Shown here one piece after another: positions 31,724 through 40,943 of a stretch of 64,000 bases of DNA. The stretch lies in the NCBI GenBank assembly GCA_965116825.1, contig OZ220736.1, forward strand, positions 258,452-322,451, given 5' to 3'. The notes under the pieces are model-generated. The model saw only the letters and a program-made list of their open reading frames with translations. It did not search any database and was not told the origin of the DNA. The position numbers and the translations under genes were made by a program. The stretch is from Vicinamibacterales bacterium (GTDB taxonomy: Bacteria > Acidobacteriota > Vicinamibacteria > Vicinamibacterales > UBA8438). The first letter of the stretch is position 1. Every line of letters begins with the position of its first letter.

Positions 31724-34700
31724 TCAGGCGGGATTCTCGCGAAAGACCCGGTCGCAGGCGCGCTGGAACCGCGCCTGCAGCGCATCCGCCTCGGAGCCGG
31801 TCAACGTGCCGAGCCGGCGGCGCTCCACCTGCAGCCGCTTGACGTCCTCGCGGGCGGCCCGACGCTTCGCCTCCTCGTCGACGCGCGCCCCCATCGTGTT
31901 GGCGGCCAACTGCGCACGCCACTTCCGGGCCAGCAGCTCCGCGGGCGACACGCCGGCCGCGCCGCTCGGCGCGGTGGCAACGAGCGCCTCGGCCCGCTTG
32001 CACAGCCGCTCGAACCGCTTGAGACGCTGCGCGGGATCGTAGTCGGTACCGCGAAACTGCTCCGCGTGCCTCTCGACGACGCGCTCCATGGCGCGGCCGA
32101 AACGGGCCGCGAGCTTCCGCTTGACGTCGGGCGGCACCTCGGGTGCGCGCCGCCACTTGTCCTGAAGCTCGCGAACGGTCTTGACCACGTCTTCGGGAGC
32201 GGCAGGACGAGGCGCGGCTTCCGCGCCCGGCGCAACTGCCGTCTCGGCGACCGCCCCTGCGGCAGGCGCGTCGCCGGCCGTGTCGGCAGGTGCGTCGCCG
32301 GCCGTGTCGGCAGGTGCGTCGCCGGCCGTGTCGGCAGGTGCGTCGCCGGTCGCGCTGCTCCCGGCCTCGGCCGGCGCCGGTGCGAGGGCCTCGAGCTCGG
32401 CGCAGAGCGCCTCGCGTGCCGCGATACGGTCTGCCACGGCACGGCGCGCGCCCTCGTTGAGTCGATCGAACACGCCGTCGCACGCCTGACGAAACCGATG
32501 CCAGATCGCGTCCGACCGATTCCGCCGCACCGGACCGATGTTCTTCCACTCGCGCTGGACCTGTTTGACCTCTTCAATCGCCGCCTTCAGATCCTCGGCC
32601 TCGAGCAACGCCTCGACGCGCACGCACAGCGCCTCCTTCTTCTCGTAATTGGCGGACCACTCCTGCTTGCGTCCGGCGAGGTCGGCCTTCCGGCGCGTGA
32701 AGAAACGGCTGCATGCCTGCCGGAGGCGCCCCCACAACGCCTGCTGATCCCTGCGCGGCGCCGGCCCGAGCGTCTTCCACTCCGCCTGCAGGGCGGTCAG
32801 ACGCTGCGCCGTCTTCAGCCAGTCGGTCGATTCGCTGAGCCGCTCCGCCTCCTCCACCAGCGCCGCGCGACGGGTCAGGCTCTGCTCCCGCTCCTGACGC
32901 TGCGCCGCGAAGAACGGCTCGCAACGCGGATAGACGACGTCGTGCGCCTTCTTGAAGCGCTCCCACAGCGCCTGTCCCTTCTCCTGCGGGACGTCGGCGG
33001 CCTGACGCCAGCGCCGCATGAGATCGGTGAACGTGCGGAAGACGTCCTCGTCGGTGGACTCCGGCGCCCCCTCCGGCGGAGAAGCCAGCGCCTCCATCGC
33101 CTGGCAGAGCTCCTCCTGAACCCCGAGATTCGCCCAGCGTTGCCAGTCGGCGAAGTCCCGCAGCTCGCGCACCCTGCCGAGCAGCGTGCCGGCGCCCTCC
33201 TTGAGCCGCCGCGTCAGTTGGTCGTGATCCCGCCGCGAGGGCAGCGGCGGCGATTTCTCCAGCGTCTGACGCACGACCCGCAGTTGCTTCTCGGCCTCGG
33301 CGAGCGTCAGCTTCTCGTTCGCGATGGACGCCTCGACGCCGTCCGCCAGCTTGCCGACGCGGGCGAGGTTCTTCTGGCGCTCCTTGTCGCGCGAGGCCTT
33401 CAGACCGAGTTCGAGATCGCGATTCCGGCCGTCGGCGGCCGCCTTGCGCTGGGTGAGCGCGGCCAGCGCCACGGTCGTATCGGGGTCCGGTGGTGCGCCA
33501 TCGCCGGTCACCGCCGAAATCTCGCGCCGCCACGCCGCATCCAGCGCCCGCCACCGCCCGCGCCGTTCCGGTTGGTCCTCTCCGGCGACGATCTGTTCGA
33601 TCTCGGTCGCCAGGGCCTCGAGCTGGTGCAGCCTGCCGTGCCGCCGCTCCAGCGCGGCGTGGCGAGCCTCGCACGCCGCCGCGGCCCGCTCGAACCGAGC
33701 ACCGAGCGCCTCGATCACCGCCCGCGCCTCCTCGCTCGCGTCGGGATCGACGGCCAGCGCCTCCCATTCCGCCCGCGCCTGCCGCAACCCGTCGAGTGCG
33801 GCGGCTCCCTCCAGCCCTTCGACCCGCTCGCACAGGGCGGCCCGCGACGACTCCGCCGCGGTCCGCTCGGCGGCAGCGCGCTGCGCCTCGACCGCCGTGG
33901 CGTCGAGAGCGAGCAGCCGGTCCTCGAGCGCCCGGCGGGCGGCAGTGAACCGCTCGGCCACCGCCGGATCGATCGGTCCGTCGACGGCGGCCCAGCGCTG
34001 CACCGCGTCGTCGAGCGCCTTGCGGCCCTCTTCCAACGAAGCGACCTTCGCCGCCCTTGCCTCGAGAGCGGCGCACAGGTCGACGCCCGGGTCCGCCGCC
34101 ACTTCGGATGCGCGGTCCTCGGAGCGCGCCGCCAGCGCCGCACGCGCCCGCCGCGCCACGCCTTTGTGGCGGGCCTGCCGGGACATCGTCTCGAGCGCGG
34201 CGGCGTCGAGGTCGCCGCCGGCCACCAGCCGCTCGCAGGCTGCGAGGGCCGCCGCCTTGTCGTCCGCCTTGACGGCCACCGAGAGCAGCTCGTCCTGCTC
34301 GGTCACGCGCTCGACGGCCTCCAGGGCGATTGCGCCGCACCCGGCCCGCCGCGCGACCGCTCCCAGCATCTTGTCGCTCGACAGCCGCTCCAGCGCGGCG
34401 CGGGCCACCGCCTCGAGCTCCGCCGCGCGGGCCACGGCAGCCAGATCGCGCTCGTCGGCTAGCACCTCCAGCGCACCGACGGCGGCCGCCGCGTCGGCCG
34501 CCTCGATGAGGGTGTCGCGCACGGCGGCGACCGCCTCGACGCGCGCGGCGTCCTGGTCGCCGCCGGCCTCGCCGGCGTCCTGGAGAAAGGCGACCAGGGT
34601 TGCCAGATCCGGCATCCGCTCGACCGCCGCGCGGCGCACCCCGGCATCGGGGTCGCCTCTGGCGATCTCCAACAACACGTCGCGCGCGTCCTCGGGAAGG

Positions 34701-34780
34701 TCACGCACGGCGCCGACCCGCACCGCCGGGTCTTCGCTCTGCCAAGCCGGTTGAGCACGCAGTCGTTCGAGCAGTTTCAT
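31724..34780 (-). CDS. DUF349 repeat protein with N-terminal HEAT-like region
   Basis: 1018-aa ORF. Multiple DUF349-type units (e.g. ALWERFKKAHDVVYPRCEPFF..LVEEAERL..DWLKTAQRLTALQAEWKTLGPAPRRDQQALWGRLRQACSRFF, and EEVKQVQREWKNIGPVRRNRSDAIWHRFRQACDGVF). Confidence 0.85.
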   Translation of the reverse strand: MKLLERLRAQPAWQSEDPAVRVGAVRDLPEDARDVLLEIARGDPDAGVRRAAVERMPDLATLVAFLQDAGEAGGDQDAARVEAVAAVRDTLIEAADAAAAVGALEVLADERDLAAVARAAELEAVARAALERLSSDKMLGAVARRAGCGAIALEAVERVTEQDELLSVAVKADDKAAALAACERLVAGGDLDAAALETMSRQARHKGVARRARAALAARSEDRASEVAADPGVDLCAALEARAAKVASLEEGRKALDDAVQRWAAVDGPIDPAVAERFTAARRALEDRLLALDATAVEAQRAAAERTAAESSRAALCERVEGLEGAAALDGLRQARAEWEALAVDPDASEEARAVIEALGARFERAAAACEARHAALERRHGRLHQLEALATEIEQIVAGEDQPERRGRWRALDAAWRREISAVTGDGAPPDPDTTVALAALTQRKAAADGRNRDLELGLKASRDKERQKNLARVGKLADGVEASIANEKLTLAEAEKQLRVVRQTLEKSPPLPSRRDHDQLTRRLKEGAGTLLGRVRELRDFADWQRWANLGVQEELCQAMEALASPPEGAPESTDEDVFRTFTDLMRRWRQAADVPQEKGQALWERFKKAHDVVYPRCEPFFAAQRQEREQSLTRRAALVEEAERLSESTDWLKTAQRLTALQAEWKTLGPAPRRDQQALWGRLRQACSRFFTRRKADLAGRKQEWSANYEKKEALCVRVEALLEAEDLKAAIEEVKQVQREWKNIGPVRRNRSDAIWHRFRQACDGVFDRLNEGARRAVADRIAAREALCAELEALAPAPAEAGSSATGDAPADTAGDAPADTAGDAPADTAGDAPAAGAVAETAVAPGAEAAPRPAAPEDVVKTVRELQDKWRRAPEVPPDVKRKLAARFGRAMERVVERHAEQFRGTDYDPAQRLKRFERLCKRAEALVATAPSGAAGVSPAELLARKWRAQLAANTMGARVDEEAKRRAAREDVKRLQVERRRLGTLTGSEADALQARFQRACDRVFRENPA
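32261..32350. repeat. 3.75 x 24-bp tandem repeat inside the DUF349 gene
   Basis: ggcagg(c/t)gcgtcgccggccgtgtc at 32261, 32285 and 32309, plus an 18-nt partial copy from 32333. In frame; encodes (GDAPADTA)n on the minus strand. Confidence 0.95.
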
Positions 34781-34911
34781 GACTCGGATGGGTGGACAGG
34801 CTTTTGTGGATTATGCATACTCGGGACCGGAATCGTTGCAGCGAGCCGGATCCCGGAAAATACCCGCATTCAGCCGCTCAGCGCTACGCTTCGTCACAGC
34901 GAGCACCGGTC

Positions 34912-34949
34912 TGGATCCCGATTGTTGGATCCAGAATCCCAGATCCTGG
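34912..34949. promoter_or_regulatory. Cluster of TGGATCC direct repeats and an imperfect palindrome in the DUF349/cyclophilin divergent intergenic region
   Basis: TGGATCC at 34912-34918 and 34926-34932 (14-bp phasing). A third GGATCC at 34848-34853. TCCAGAATCCCAGATCCTGGA (34930-34950) is an imperfect inverted repeat. Candidate operator; no protein partner assigned. Confidence 0.2.
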
Positions 34950-34991
34950 AAACCACTGCGCGGTCGGGAGCGATCGCAAGGAGCAAGGGCG

Positions 34992-35573
34992 ATGTCCTTT
35001 CGCATGCTGGCCGGCATTCTTGGAATGGTAGGAATCATGACGCCAGGCACACTCGGCGCGTCGGCGCAGGATAACCCGGTCGTGGTCATGGAGACCACCC
35101 AGGGGAACATCACGATCGAGCTGCTGCAGGATGCGGCCCCGATCACGGTGGAGAACTTCCTCCAGTACGCGAACGACGGGTTCTTCGCGGGAACCGTCTT
35201 CCACCGCGTAATCCCGGGGTTCATGATCCAGGGCGGCGGCCTGACGGCGAACCTCTCGGAGAAGGCCACCCGCCCACCGATCCGGAACGAGGCCGACAAC
35301 GGGGTGACCAACGCGCGGGGCACGCTCTCGATGGCGCGGACGAGCGTCGTCGACAGCGCCACCGCCCAGTTCTTCATCAACACCGTGGACAACGCGCGCA
35401 GCCTCGACCACCGGGGCACGTCGCCCCGCGACTACGGCTACGCCGTCTTCGGCCGCGTGACCGCCGGGATGGACGTGGTCGACGCGATCTCCGGGGTTTC
35501 GACCACCCGCCAGGGACCGCACCAGAACGTGCCGGTCGAGCCGGTCGTCATCAACGCCGTGACGGTCCAGTAG
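34992..35573 (+). CDS. Cyclophilin-type peptidyl-prolyl cis-trans isomerase, secreted
   Basis: Last 193 aa of the 264-aa track ORF. Signal-like MSFRMLAGILGMVGIMTPGTLGASAQ. NFLQYANDGFFAGTVFHRVIPGFMIQGGG, GTLSMAR, SATAQFFIN, YAVFGRV. Confidence 0.9.
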   Translation: MSFRMLAGILGMVGIMTPGTLGASAQDNPVVVMETTQGNITIELLQDAAPITVENFLQYANDGFFAGTVFHRVIPGFMIQGGGLTANLSEKATRPPIRNEADNGVTNARGTLSMARTSVVDSATAQFFINTVDNARSLDHRGTSPRDYGYAVFGRVTAGMDVVDAISGVSTTRQGPHQNVPVEPVVINAVTVQ

Positions 35574-35586
35574 AGCAGGAGACGCC

Positions 35587-36180
35587 ATGCTGCGATCATT
35601 CGTCGCCGCCGGAGCCGTCGTCGCCCTGCTGGCCGCGCCCGGCGCGGTCCATGCACAGGATCCACCACCCAATCCCCACGCCGTCATCGAGACGTCGATG
35701 GGCGACATCACGGTCGAGTTGTTCCGCTCGCGGGCGACGGTCTCGGTCGTCAACTTCCTGACCTACGCCCAGGCCGGATTCTACGACGGCACTATCTTCC
35801 ACCGGGTGATCCGCAACCTGATCATCCAGGGGGGCGGGCTCGAGGAGAACCACACCCCGCGCTTCGAGGGACTCCGCGGCCCCATCCTGAACGAGGCGAC
35901 CAACCGCCTGCAGAACCGGCGCGGCACCATCGCCATGGCGCGTCTCGGCGAGCCGAACACCGCGCGGGCGCAGTTCTTCATCAACGTCGGCCACAACGAC
36001 ATGTTCAACCACCGCAACACGACGCCGCAGGGCTACGGCTACGCCGTCTTCGGCCGGGTCGTGGACGGCATGGACGTGGTCGACGACATCTCGCGCGTCC
36101 GCACCACGCGGGTGGACCGCATGAACGACGTGCCGCGCGAGAACGTCGTCATCCGTACGATTCGCCGCGCCGATCCGTAG
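35587..36180 (+). CDS. Cyclophilin-type peptidyl-prolyl cis-trans isomerase, secreted (paralogue)
   Basis: 197-aa ORF. Signal peptide, NFLTYAQAGFYDGTIFHRVIRNLIIQGGG, GTIAMAR, TARAQFFIN, YAVFGRV. Confidence 0.9.
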   Translation: MLRSFVAAGAVVALLAAPGAVHAQDPPPNPHAVIETSMGDITVELFRSRATVSVVNFLTYAQAGFYDGTIFHRVIRNLIIQGGGLEENHTPRFEGLRGPILNEATNRLQNRRGTIAMARLGEPNTARAQFFINVGHNDMFNHRNTTPQGYGYAVFGRVVDGMDVVDDISRVRTTRVDRMNDVPRENVVIRTIRRADP

Positions 36181-36264
36181 CGCTCTTCCTTGCGGCGTCC
36201 GGCAGCGGAGCCTTCGCCGCGGTCTGCTCGGGCCGCCGGACGATCCGGGCGACAATAGGGGGCG

Positions 36265-39054
36265 ATGCCGCATCCGCCCCCCCCGCCGCCCCCCGGCGCG
36301 AGCGTCGAGCAGCAGGTGCTCGACGTCGTCGCCGAGCTCGTGACCGAGCTGCGGGGCGGCGTCCCGGCGGCGGTGGCGCGCGGCGACTCGCTCGAGGCGG
36401 ACCTCGGCATCAGCAGCCTGGAACGCGTCGAGCTGCTCATCCGTCTCGAACGCGCGTTCGCGGTCAGGCTGGGGGATGCGGCCATGTCGGGCGCGGAGAC
36501 CCCGGCGGACCTCGCCGCGGCGATCGCCGAAGCCGACGCCGCCCCGGAGGAGCGGCGCCCGGAACGACGCGCCGCCGGCGGGGCCGGAATCGCGTCCGCG
36601 GCGAACGCGCGAACGGTCGTCGAAGCGCTGGCCTGGCACGCCGAACGCACGCCCGAACGCATCCACATCCACCTGCGCGAGGACGACGGGAACGAGACGC
36701 CGCTCACCTACGGCTGGCTGTGGCGCGAGGCGCAGGCCGTCGCGGGGGGCCTCGCCGAACGGGGGCTCGGCCGCGGCGACACCGTCGCCATCATGCTGCG
36801 GACCGAGGAGCGGTTCTTCCCGACCTTCGCCGGCACGCTGATGGCCGGCTGCGTGCCGGTCCCCCTGTATCCGCCGTTCCGCCCCGACCGCATCGAGGAG
36901 TACGTGGGCCGCCAGGTGGCCATCCTGCGCAACGCGGGCGCGCGCGTGCTCGTGACGTTCCGCGAGGTGGCCCGCGTCGCCGGCCTGCTCGTGCGGCAGG
37001 TGCCGTCGCTCGAGGCCGTGGTGGCGGCCGAGGACGCGATCGGCGAGCCGCGCCGTCCCGTGCCGGCCACCGCGGGCGACCCGGCCCTCATCCAGTACAC
37101 CTCCGGCAGCACCGGGCAGCCGAAGGGGGTCCTGCTCTCGCACGACAATCTGCTCGCCAATATCCGGGCGCTGGAGCGGCGGTTCGCCATCACCGCCCAA
37201 GACGTCGGGGTGAGCTGGCTGCCGCTCTACCACGACATGGGGCTCATCGGCGCCTGGCTCGGGCCGCTCTACTTCGGCGCCCCGCTGGCCCTGATGTCGC
37301 CGCTCGCGTTTCTGGCCCGACCGGTCCGCTGGCTGCAGGCGCTCGACGCGCACCGCGGCACGTTGTCGCCGGCGCCCAACTTCGCGTTCGACCTGTGCAC
37401 GACCCGCATCGCGGACGAAGAGCTCGACGGGCTCGACCTGAGCGCCGCCCGCGTGCTGCTGAACGGCTCCGAGCCGGTGTCTCCCGAGACCCTTCGCCGC
37501 TTTCTCGATCGCTTCGCTCCCTGCGGCCTCGATCCCGGCGCGGTCTACCCGGTCTACGGGCTGGCGGAGTGCTCGCTGGGACTCTCGACGCCGGCCCTGG
37601 GAAGCGCCATCAGAATCGACCGCGTGCGTCGCTCGACGTTCCAGGCGTCGGGCCGGGCCGAGCCCGCCGCCGACGACGATCCCGGGGCGTTGCGGTTCGT
37701 CTCGTGCGGGCGGGCGCTGCCCGATCACGAGCTGGCGGTGTTCGGTCCCGACGGAAACCCGGCGCCCGACCGCGTCCAGGGACGCGTCCGCTTCCGCGGT
37801 CCCTCGACGACGCGCGGCTACTACCGCAACGCCGAGGCCACCCGCGGCCTCGTCGGCGCGGACGGCTGGCTGGACAGCGGCGACCTGGGCTATCTCGCCG
37901 GCGGCGACCTCTTCCTCACCGGCCGCGCCAAGGACCTGATCATCAAGGCGGGCCGCAACTTCTACCCGCACGAGGCCGAGGCCCTCGCGGGCGGCGTCGC
38001 GGGCATCCGCACCGGCTGCGTGGCGGCGTTCGGGGCGGCCGACGCCGAGCGCGGCACCGAACAGTTCGTCATCGTGGCGGAGACGCGGACGGCGAACGAC
38101 GCGGCGCGCGGCGCCCTGGTCCAGGCCGTCACCCGCGAGGTCGGCCTGGCCCTCGGGGTGGCGCCCGATCGGGTGGTGCTGGCGCCGCCCGGGTCGGTCG
38201 CCAAGACCTCGAGCGGCAAGATCCGGCGCGGCGCTACCCGCGACGCCTGGCTCGCGGGGCGCATCGGACGCACGCGGGCCGGCGTGGCCGCGCAGTGGCT
38301 GCGGCTCGGCGCGGCAGCGGCCGCCGCGACGGCGGCGGCGTGGACGTCGCGCGCCGCGCGGGCGCTCTTCACCGGCTACGTGCTGGCCGCCGTGCTCGCG
38401 ACCGCGCCGATCGGCTGGGGACTGCTCCTTCTGGTTCCCCGCGGCCGAGGCGCCGACCGTATCGTCGGGGGCTGGAACCGGCTGGTGATGCGGCTCTCCG
38501 GCTGCCCGCTCGAAATCGTCGGTCGAGAGTCGGTGCCGACCGGCGGCCCGGTCGTCTTCGTCGCCAACCACGCAAGCTTCATCGACTCGCCGGTGATGAT
38601 GAGCGCGCTGCCGGTCGCCGTCCGTTTCGCCGTCAAGGCGCGCCTGGGCGCCTACCCGCTCATCGGCCTGGCCATCCGCAAGGGGAACCACATCCGGCTC
38701 GGAAAGCGCGACCAGTCCGAGCGGGTGGAGAACGCCGCCACCATCCGGGCGCCGCTCGACGCCGGCACCCCGCTGTTCGTCTTCCCGGAGGGAACCTTCG
38801 AGGCGGCGCCCCGGCTGCTCCCCTTCCGGCTCGGCGCCTTCCGGGCGGCGGTGGACGCCGGCTGCCCCGTGGTGCCGGTGGCGATCCGCGGCACCCGGCA
38901 CATCTGGCCCGCCGAGACGTGGCTTCTGCGCCGGGGCCGCGTGAGAGTGACCTTCGGGGCGCCCCTGCGCGCCGCGGGTTCCGACTGGTCGGAGATCGTC
39001 CGCCTGCGCGACGCGGCGCGGGCGTTCATTGCGGAGCACTGCGGCGAGTCGTAG
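36265..39054 (+). CDS. Tri-domain lipid enzyme: acyl carrier (PP-binding) - fatty acyl-AMP ligase-type adenylation domain - TM linker - PlsC/LPLAT acyltransferase
   Basis: 929-aa ORF. Carrier motif EADLGISSLERVELLIRLE. FAAL-like segments CVPVPLYPPFRP, IQYTSGSTGQPKGVLLSHDNLLANI, SWLPLYHDMGLIG. Hydrophobic linker FTGYVLAAVLATAPIGWGLLLLV. Acyltransferase HX4D (FVANHASFIDSPV) and FPEGT motifs. Confidence 0.88.
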   Translation: MPHPPPPPPPGASVEQQVLDVVAELVTELRGGVPAAVARGDSLEADLGISSLERVELLIRLERAFAVRLGDAAMSGAETPADLAAAIAEADAAPEERRPERRAAGGAGIASAANARTVVEALAWHAERTPERIHIHLREDDGNETPLTYGWLWREAQAVAGGLAERGLGRGDTVAIMLRTEERFFPTFAGTLMAGCVPVPLYPPFRPDRIEEYVGRQVAILRNAGARVLVTFREVARVAGLLVRQVPSLEAVVAAEDAIGEPRRPVPATAGDPALIQYTSGSTGQPKGVLLSHDNLLANIRALERRFAITAQDVGVSWLPLYHDMGLIGAWLGPLYFGAPLALMSPLAFLARPVRWLQALDAHRGTLSPAPNFAFDLCTTRIADEELDGLDLSAARVLLNGSEPVSPETLRRFLDRFAPCGLDPGAVYPVYGLAECSLGLSTPALGSAIRIDRVRRSTFQASGRAEPAADDDPGALRFVSCGRALPDHELAVFGPDGNPAPDRVQGRVRFRGPSTTRGYYRNAEATRGLVGADGWLDSGDLGYLAGGDLFLTGRAKDLIIKAGRNFYPHEAEALAGGVAGIRTGCVAAFGAADAERGTEQFVIVAETRTANDAARGALVQAVTREVGLALGVAPDRVVLAPPGSVAKTSSGKIRRGATRDAWLAGRIGRTRAGVAAQWLRLGAAAAAATAAAWTSRAARALFTGYVLAAVLATAPIGWGLLLLVPRGRGADRIVGGWNRLVMRLSGCPLEIVGRESVPTGGPVVFVANHASFIDSPVMMSALPVAVRFAVKARLGAYPLIGLAIRKGNHIRLGKRDQSERVENAATIRAPLDAGTPLFVFPEGTFEAAPRLLPFRLGAFRAAVDAGCPVVPVAIRGTRHIWPAETWLLRRGRVRVTFGAPLRAAGSDWSEIVRLRDAARAFIAEHCGES

Positions 39055-39141
39055 CGGGTAGCGCCAGGGCGCTGCCGGGTAGCACCGAGCCCGAGCGGCA
39101 GCGCGGCTACCGCCCGGACGCGCGCTGCCGGCGGAACGAGC

Positions 39142-40191
39142 TCAGGTCCGGAGGACCACGCGGCCGATCACCCGGCCCGCTCGCAGGTCGTCGAGCGCCG
39201 CCTGCGCCGCGGAGAGCGGGCGTTCGTCGATCGGCAGGTCGGGAATCGATCCGGCTCGGCCCAGCGCCAGCAGCTCCCCCATCTCCGCCGGGCTGCCGAC
39301 GTAGGAGCCGCGGATCGTCAAGTGCTTGAGCGGCAGCAGCGGCAACGAGACCCGCAGGGCGCCGCCGAACAGTCCCACCACGATGAGCGTGCCGCCCGGC
39401 GCGAGCGTCCCGAGGGCGAAGGCGGCGGACCGCTCCGATCCCACGAAATCGATGGCCGCCGCCACGCCGCCGCCGGTCCGGCGCCGAACCTGCCGGGCGG
39501 CATCGGGCGCGGCCGCGTCGACGGTCTCGGCCGCACCCCGCGTGCGGGCAACCTCCAGCCGCGCCGCGTCGACGTCGGCGCAGAGCACTCTCCCCTCCGC
39601 CACCGCGGAAGCGAGCCCCACCGCGGCCATCCCTACCCCGCCGAGTCCGACGATCAGCCGCTCTCCGGACGCGGCGCCGGCGGCCGCCTTGCGCAGCGCG
39701 CCGTACGCCGTGAGGCCCGAGCAGGCGTACGTCGCCGCGACCGCCTCGCCCAGCGGCGCGTACTCGAACAGGCAGCGCGGATGGGGCAGCAGGACGTGGT
39801 CCGCGAAGCCCCCGGCGCGCCCGACGCCCACCGGCTGGCCGGCCGCACAGAGATGCTCGTCGCCGGCCGCGCACCGCGGGCAGTCGCCGCACCCGAGCCA
39901 CGGGTAGACGACGCGCCGGTCGCCCTCGGCGACGCCGGCCGCCTCGGGACCGGCCGCCACCACCTGACCGGCAATCTCGTGACCGAGGGTGTGCGGCAGA
40001 TCCCGGCCCTGCGTCAGATCGAGCCGCTTGCCGTCGCCGAGATCGAACGCCCCCTCCCACAGGTGGATGTCGCTGTGGCAGACGCCGCACGCGCCGACCC
40101 GCAGCAGCACCTCCTCGCCCCGCGGCTCCGGCAGCGCCGCTTCCGTCCGCTCCAGCCGCCGGCCGTACTCCGCCACCTGGTAGCTCAGCAT
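39142..40191 (-). CDS. Zinc-dependent alcohol dehydrogenase / MDR family oxidoreductase
   Basis: Last 349 aa of the 708-aa track ORF. MLSYQVAEYG.., catalytic and structural Zn motifs GACGVCHSDIHLWEG, GHEIAG, GCGDCPRCAAGDEHLC. Rossmann GLGGVGMAAV. Confidence 0.88.
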   Translation of the reverse strand: MLSYQVAEYGRRLERTEAALPEPRGEEVLLRVGACGVCHSDIHLWEGAFDLGDGKRLDLTQGRDLPHTLGHEIAGQVVAAGPEAAGVAEGDRRVVYPWLGCGDCPRCAAGDEHLCAAGQPVGVGRAGGFADHVLLPHPRCLFEYAPLGEAVAATYACSGLTAYGALRKAAAGAASGERLIVGLGGVGMAAVGLASAVAEGRVLCADVDAARLEVARTRGAAETVDAAAPDAARQVRRRTGGGVAAAIDFVGSERSAAFALGTLAPGGTLIVVGLFGGALRVSLPLLPLKHLTIRGSYVGSPAEMGELLALGRAGSIPDLPIDERPLSAAQAALDDLRAGRVIGRVVLRT

Positions 40192-40943
40192 GGCTGCCGT
40201 CCCACCGGCGCGGCCTCCGCCGTCGAGTCGGCGCGCATCGCGAGACCGTGCAGAAAGAAGTTCCGGGTGCCGTGCACGATCACGCGCCAGCCCAGCGTGC
40301 GCAACTGCGCCTCCAGCTCGTCCGGCCGGTGGAAGATCTTCACGATCTCGAACTCGCGGCCATCCCGCAGGCGGCGGCGGCTGCGGGCCGGCGGCGCGGC
40401 GGGCGCCCGGGCGTCGAAGCCCCCTTCGCGGGCGGCCGGATGATTGCGGCTGTCGACGAAGAAGACCCGCCCGCCGGGGGCCAGCGCCCGCGCCACCAGG
40501 TTCCAGAACGGGATGAACGCTCCCGCCGGCACGTGCGACAGCCAGAAGCCGAAGAAGACGAAGTCGTACCGCCGGGCCGGCTCCCACGCGAACAGATCGG
40601 CGCAGACGTAGTCCACGTGCTGCGCGTCCACCCGCGCCCGGTTGCGGGCGATGACCTCCGGCGAGGCGTCGACGCAGGTCAGCGCCGCCGCGTACGGCGC
40701 GAGCCGCTCGGTCCACAGCCCCGTGCCGCAGGCCAGCTCCAGCACCCGGCCGGACGGCTGCGCCGCGTCGAGGGCCCGCCGCACGACGGCGACCTCTTCG
40801 CGCCAGCGCCGATTCCAGTCCGGGCCGTGATCGTAGTCCCCGCGGCGAAAGAACCAGTCGTCGTACTCCGGCGCCCGCGCCCGGTAGTAGGCGACCTGCT
40901 CGGCGATGACCCGTTGCTCCTCGCCGGCGTCCGGCGCACTCAC
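40185..40943 (-). CDS. Class I SAM-dependent methyltransferase
   Basis: In-frame GTG (40943) inside the 302-aa ORF, forming a GTGA overlap with the GNAT stop. Motif I VLELACGTGLWT. DASPEVIA, DFVFFGFWLSHVP. The 3' end overlaps the ADH start by 7 nt. Confidence 0.8.
   Translation of the reverse strand: MSAPDAGEEQRVIAEQVAYYRARAPEYDDWFFRRGDYDHGPDWNRRWREEVAVVRRALDAAQPSGRVLELACGTGLWTERLAPYAAALTCVDASPEVIARNRARVDAQHVDYVCADLFAWEPARRYDFVFFGFWLSHVPAGAFIPFWNLVARALAPGGRVFFVDSRNHPAAREGGFDARAPAAPPARSRRRLRDGREFEIVKIFHRPDELEAQLRTLGWRVIVHGTRNFFLHGLAMRADSTAEAAPVGRQPC

Noticed and set aside
28712-32350. Tandem 24-bp repeats considered as a possible CRISPR array or minisatellite element
   Set aside because: The units are directly adjacent without spacers. 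They are in frame inside well-supported genes, and no cas genes are present. They are coding low-complexity linkers.
31595-34462. 955-aa plus-strand ORF, plus nested ORFs 32574..34340 (-) and 33324..34754 (+)
   Set aside because: These are antisense to, or out of frame with, the DUF349 gene. Only the 31724..34780 minus frame gives repeated DUF349-like units.
35596-39039. 1147-aa minus-strand ORF
   Set aside because: Antisense to the second cyclophilin and the ACP-FAAL-PlsC gene. The composition is Arg/Gly/Pro junk and no domain is recognisable.
39055-39141. Short GC-rich inverted repeats (AGCGCC-AG-GGCGCT; GGTAGC..GCTACC) between the convergent FAAL and ADH genes, considered as a bidirectional terminator
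   Set aside because: The stems are short, the loops are too small or too long, and there are no U-tracts. Not convincing enough to annotate.
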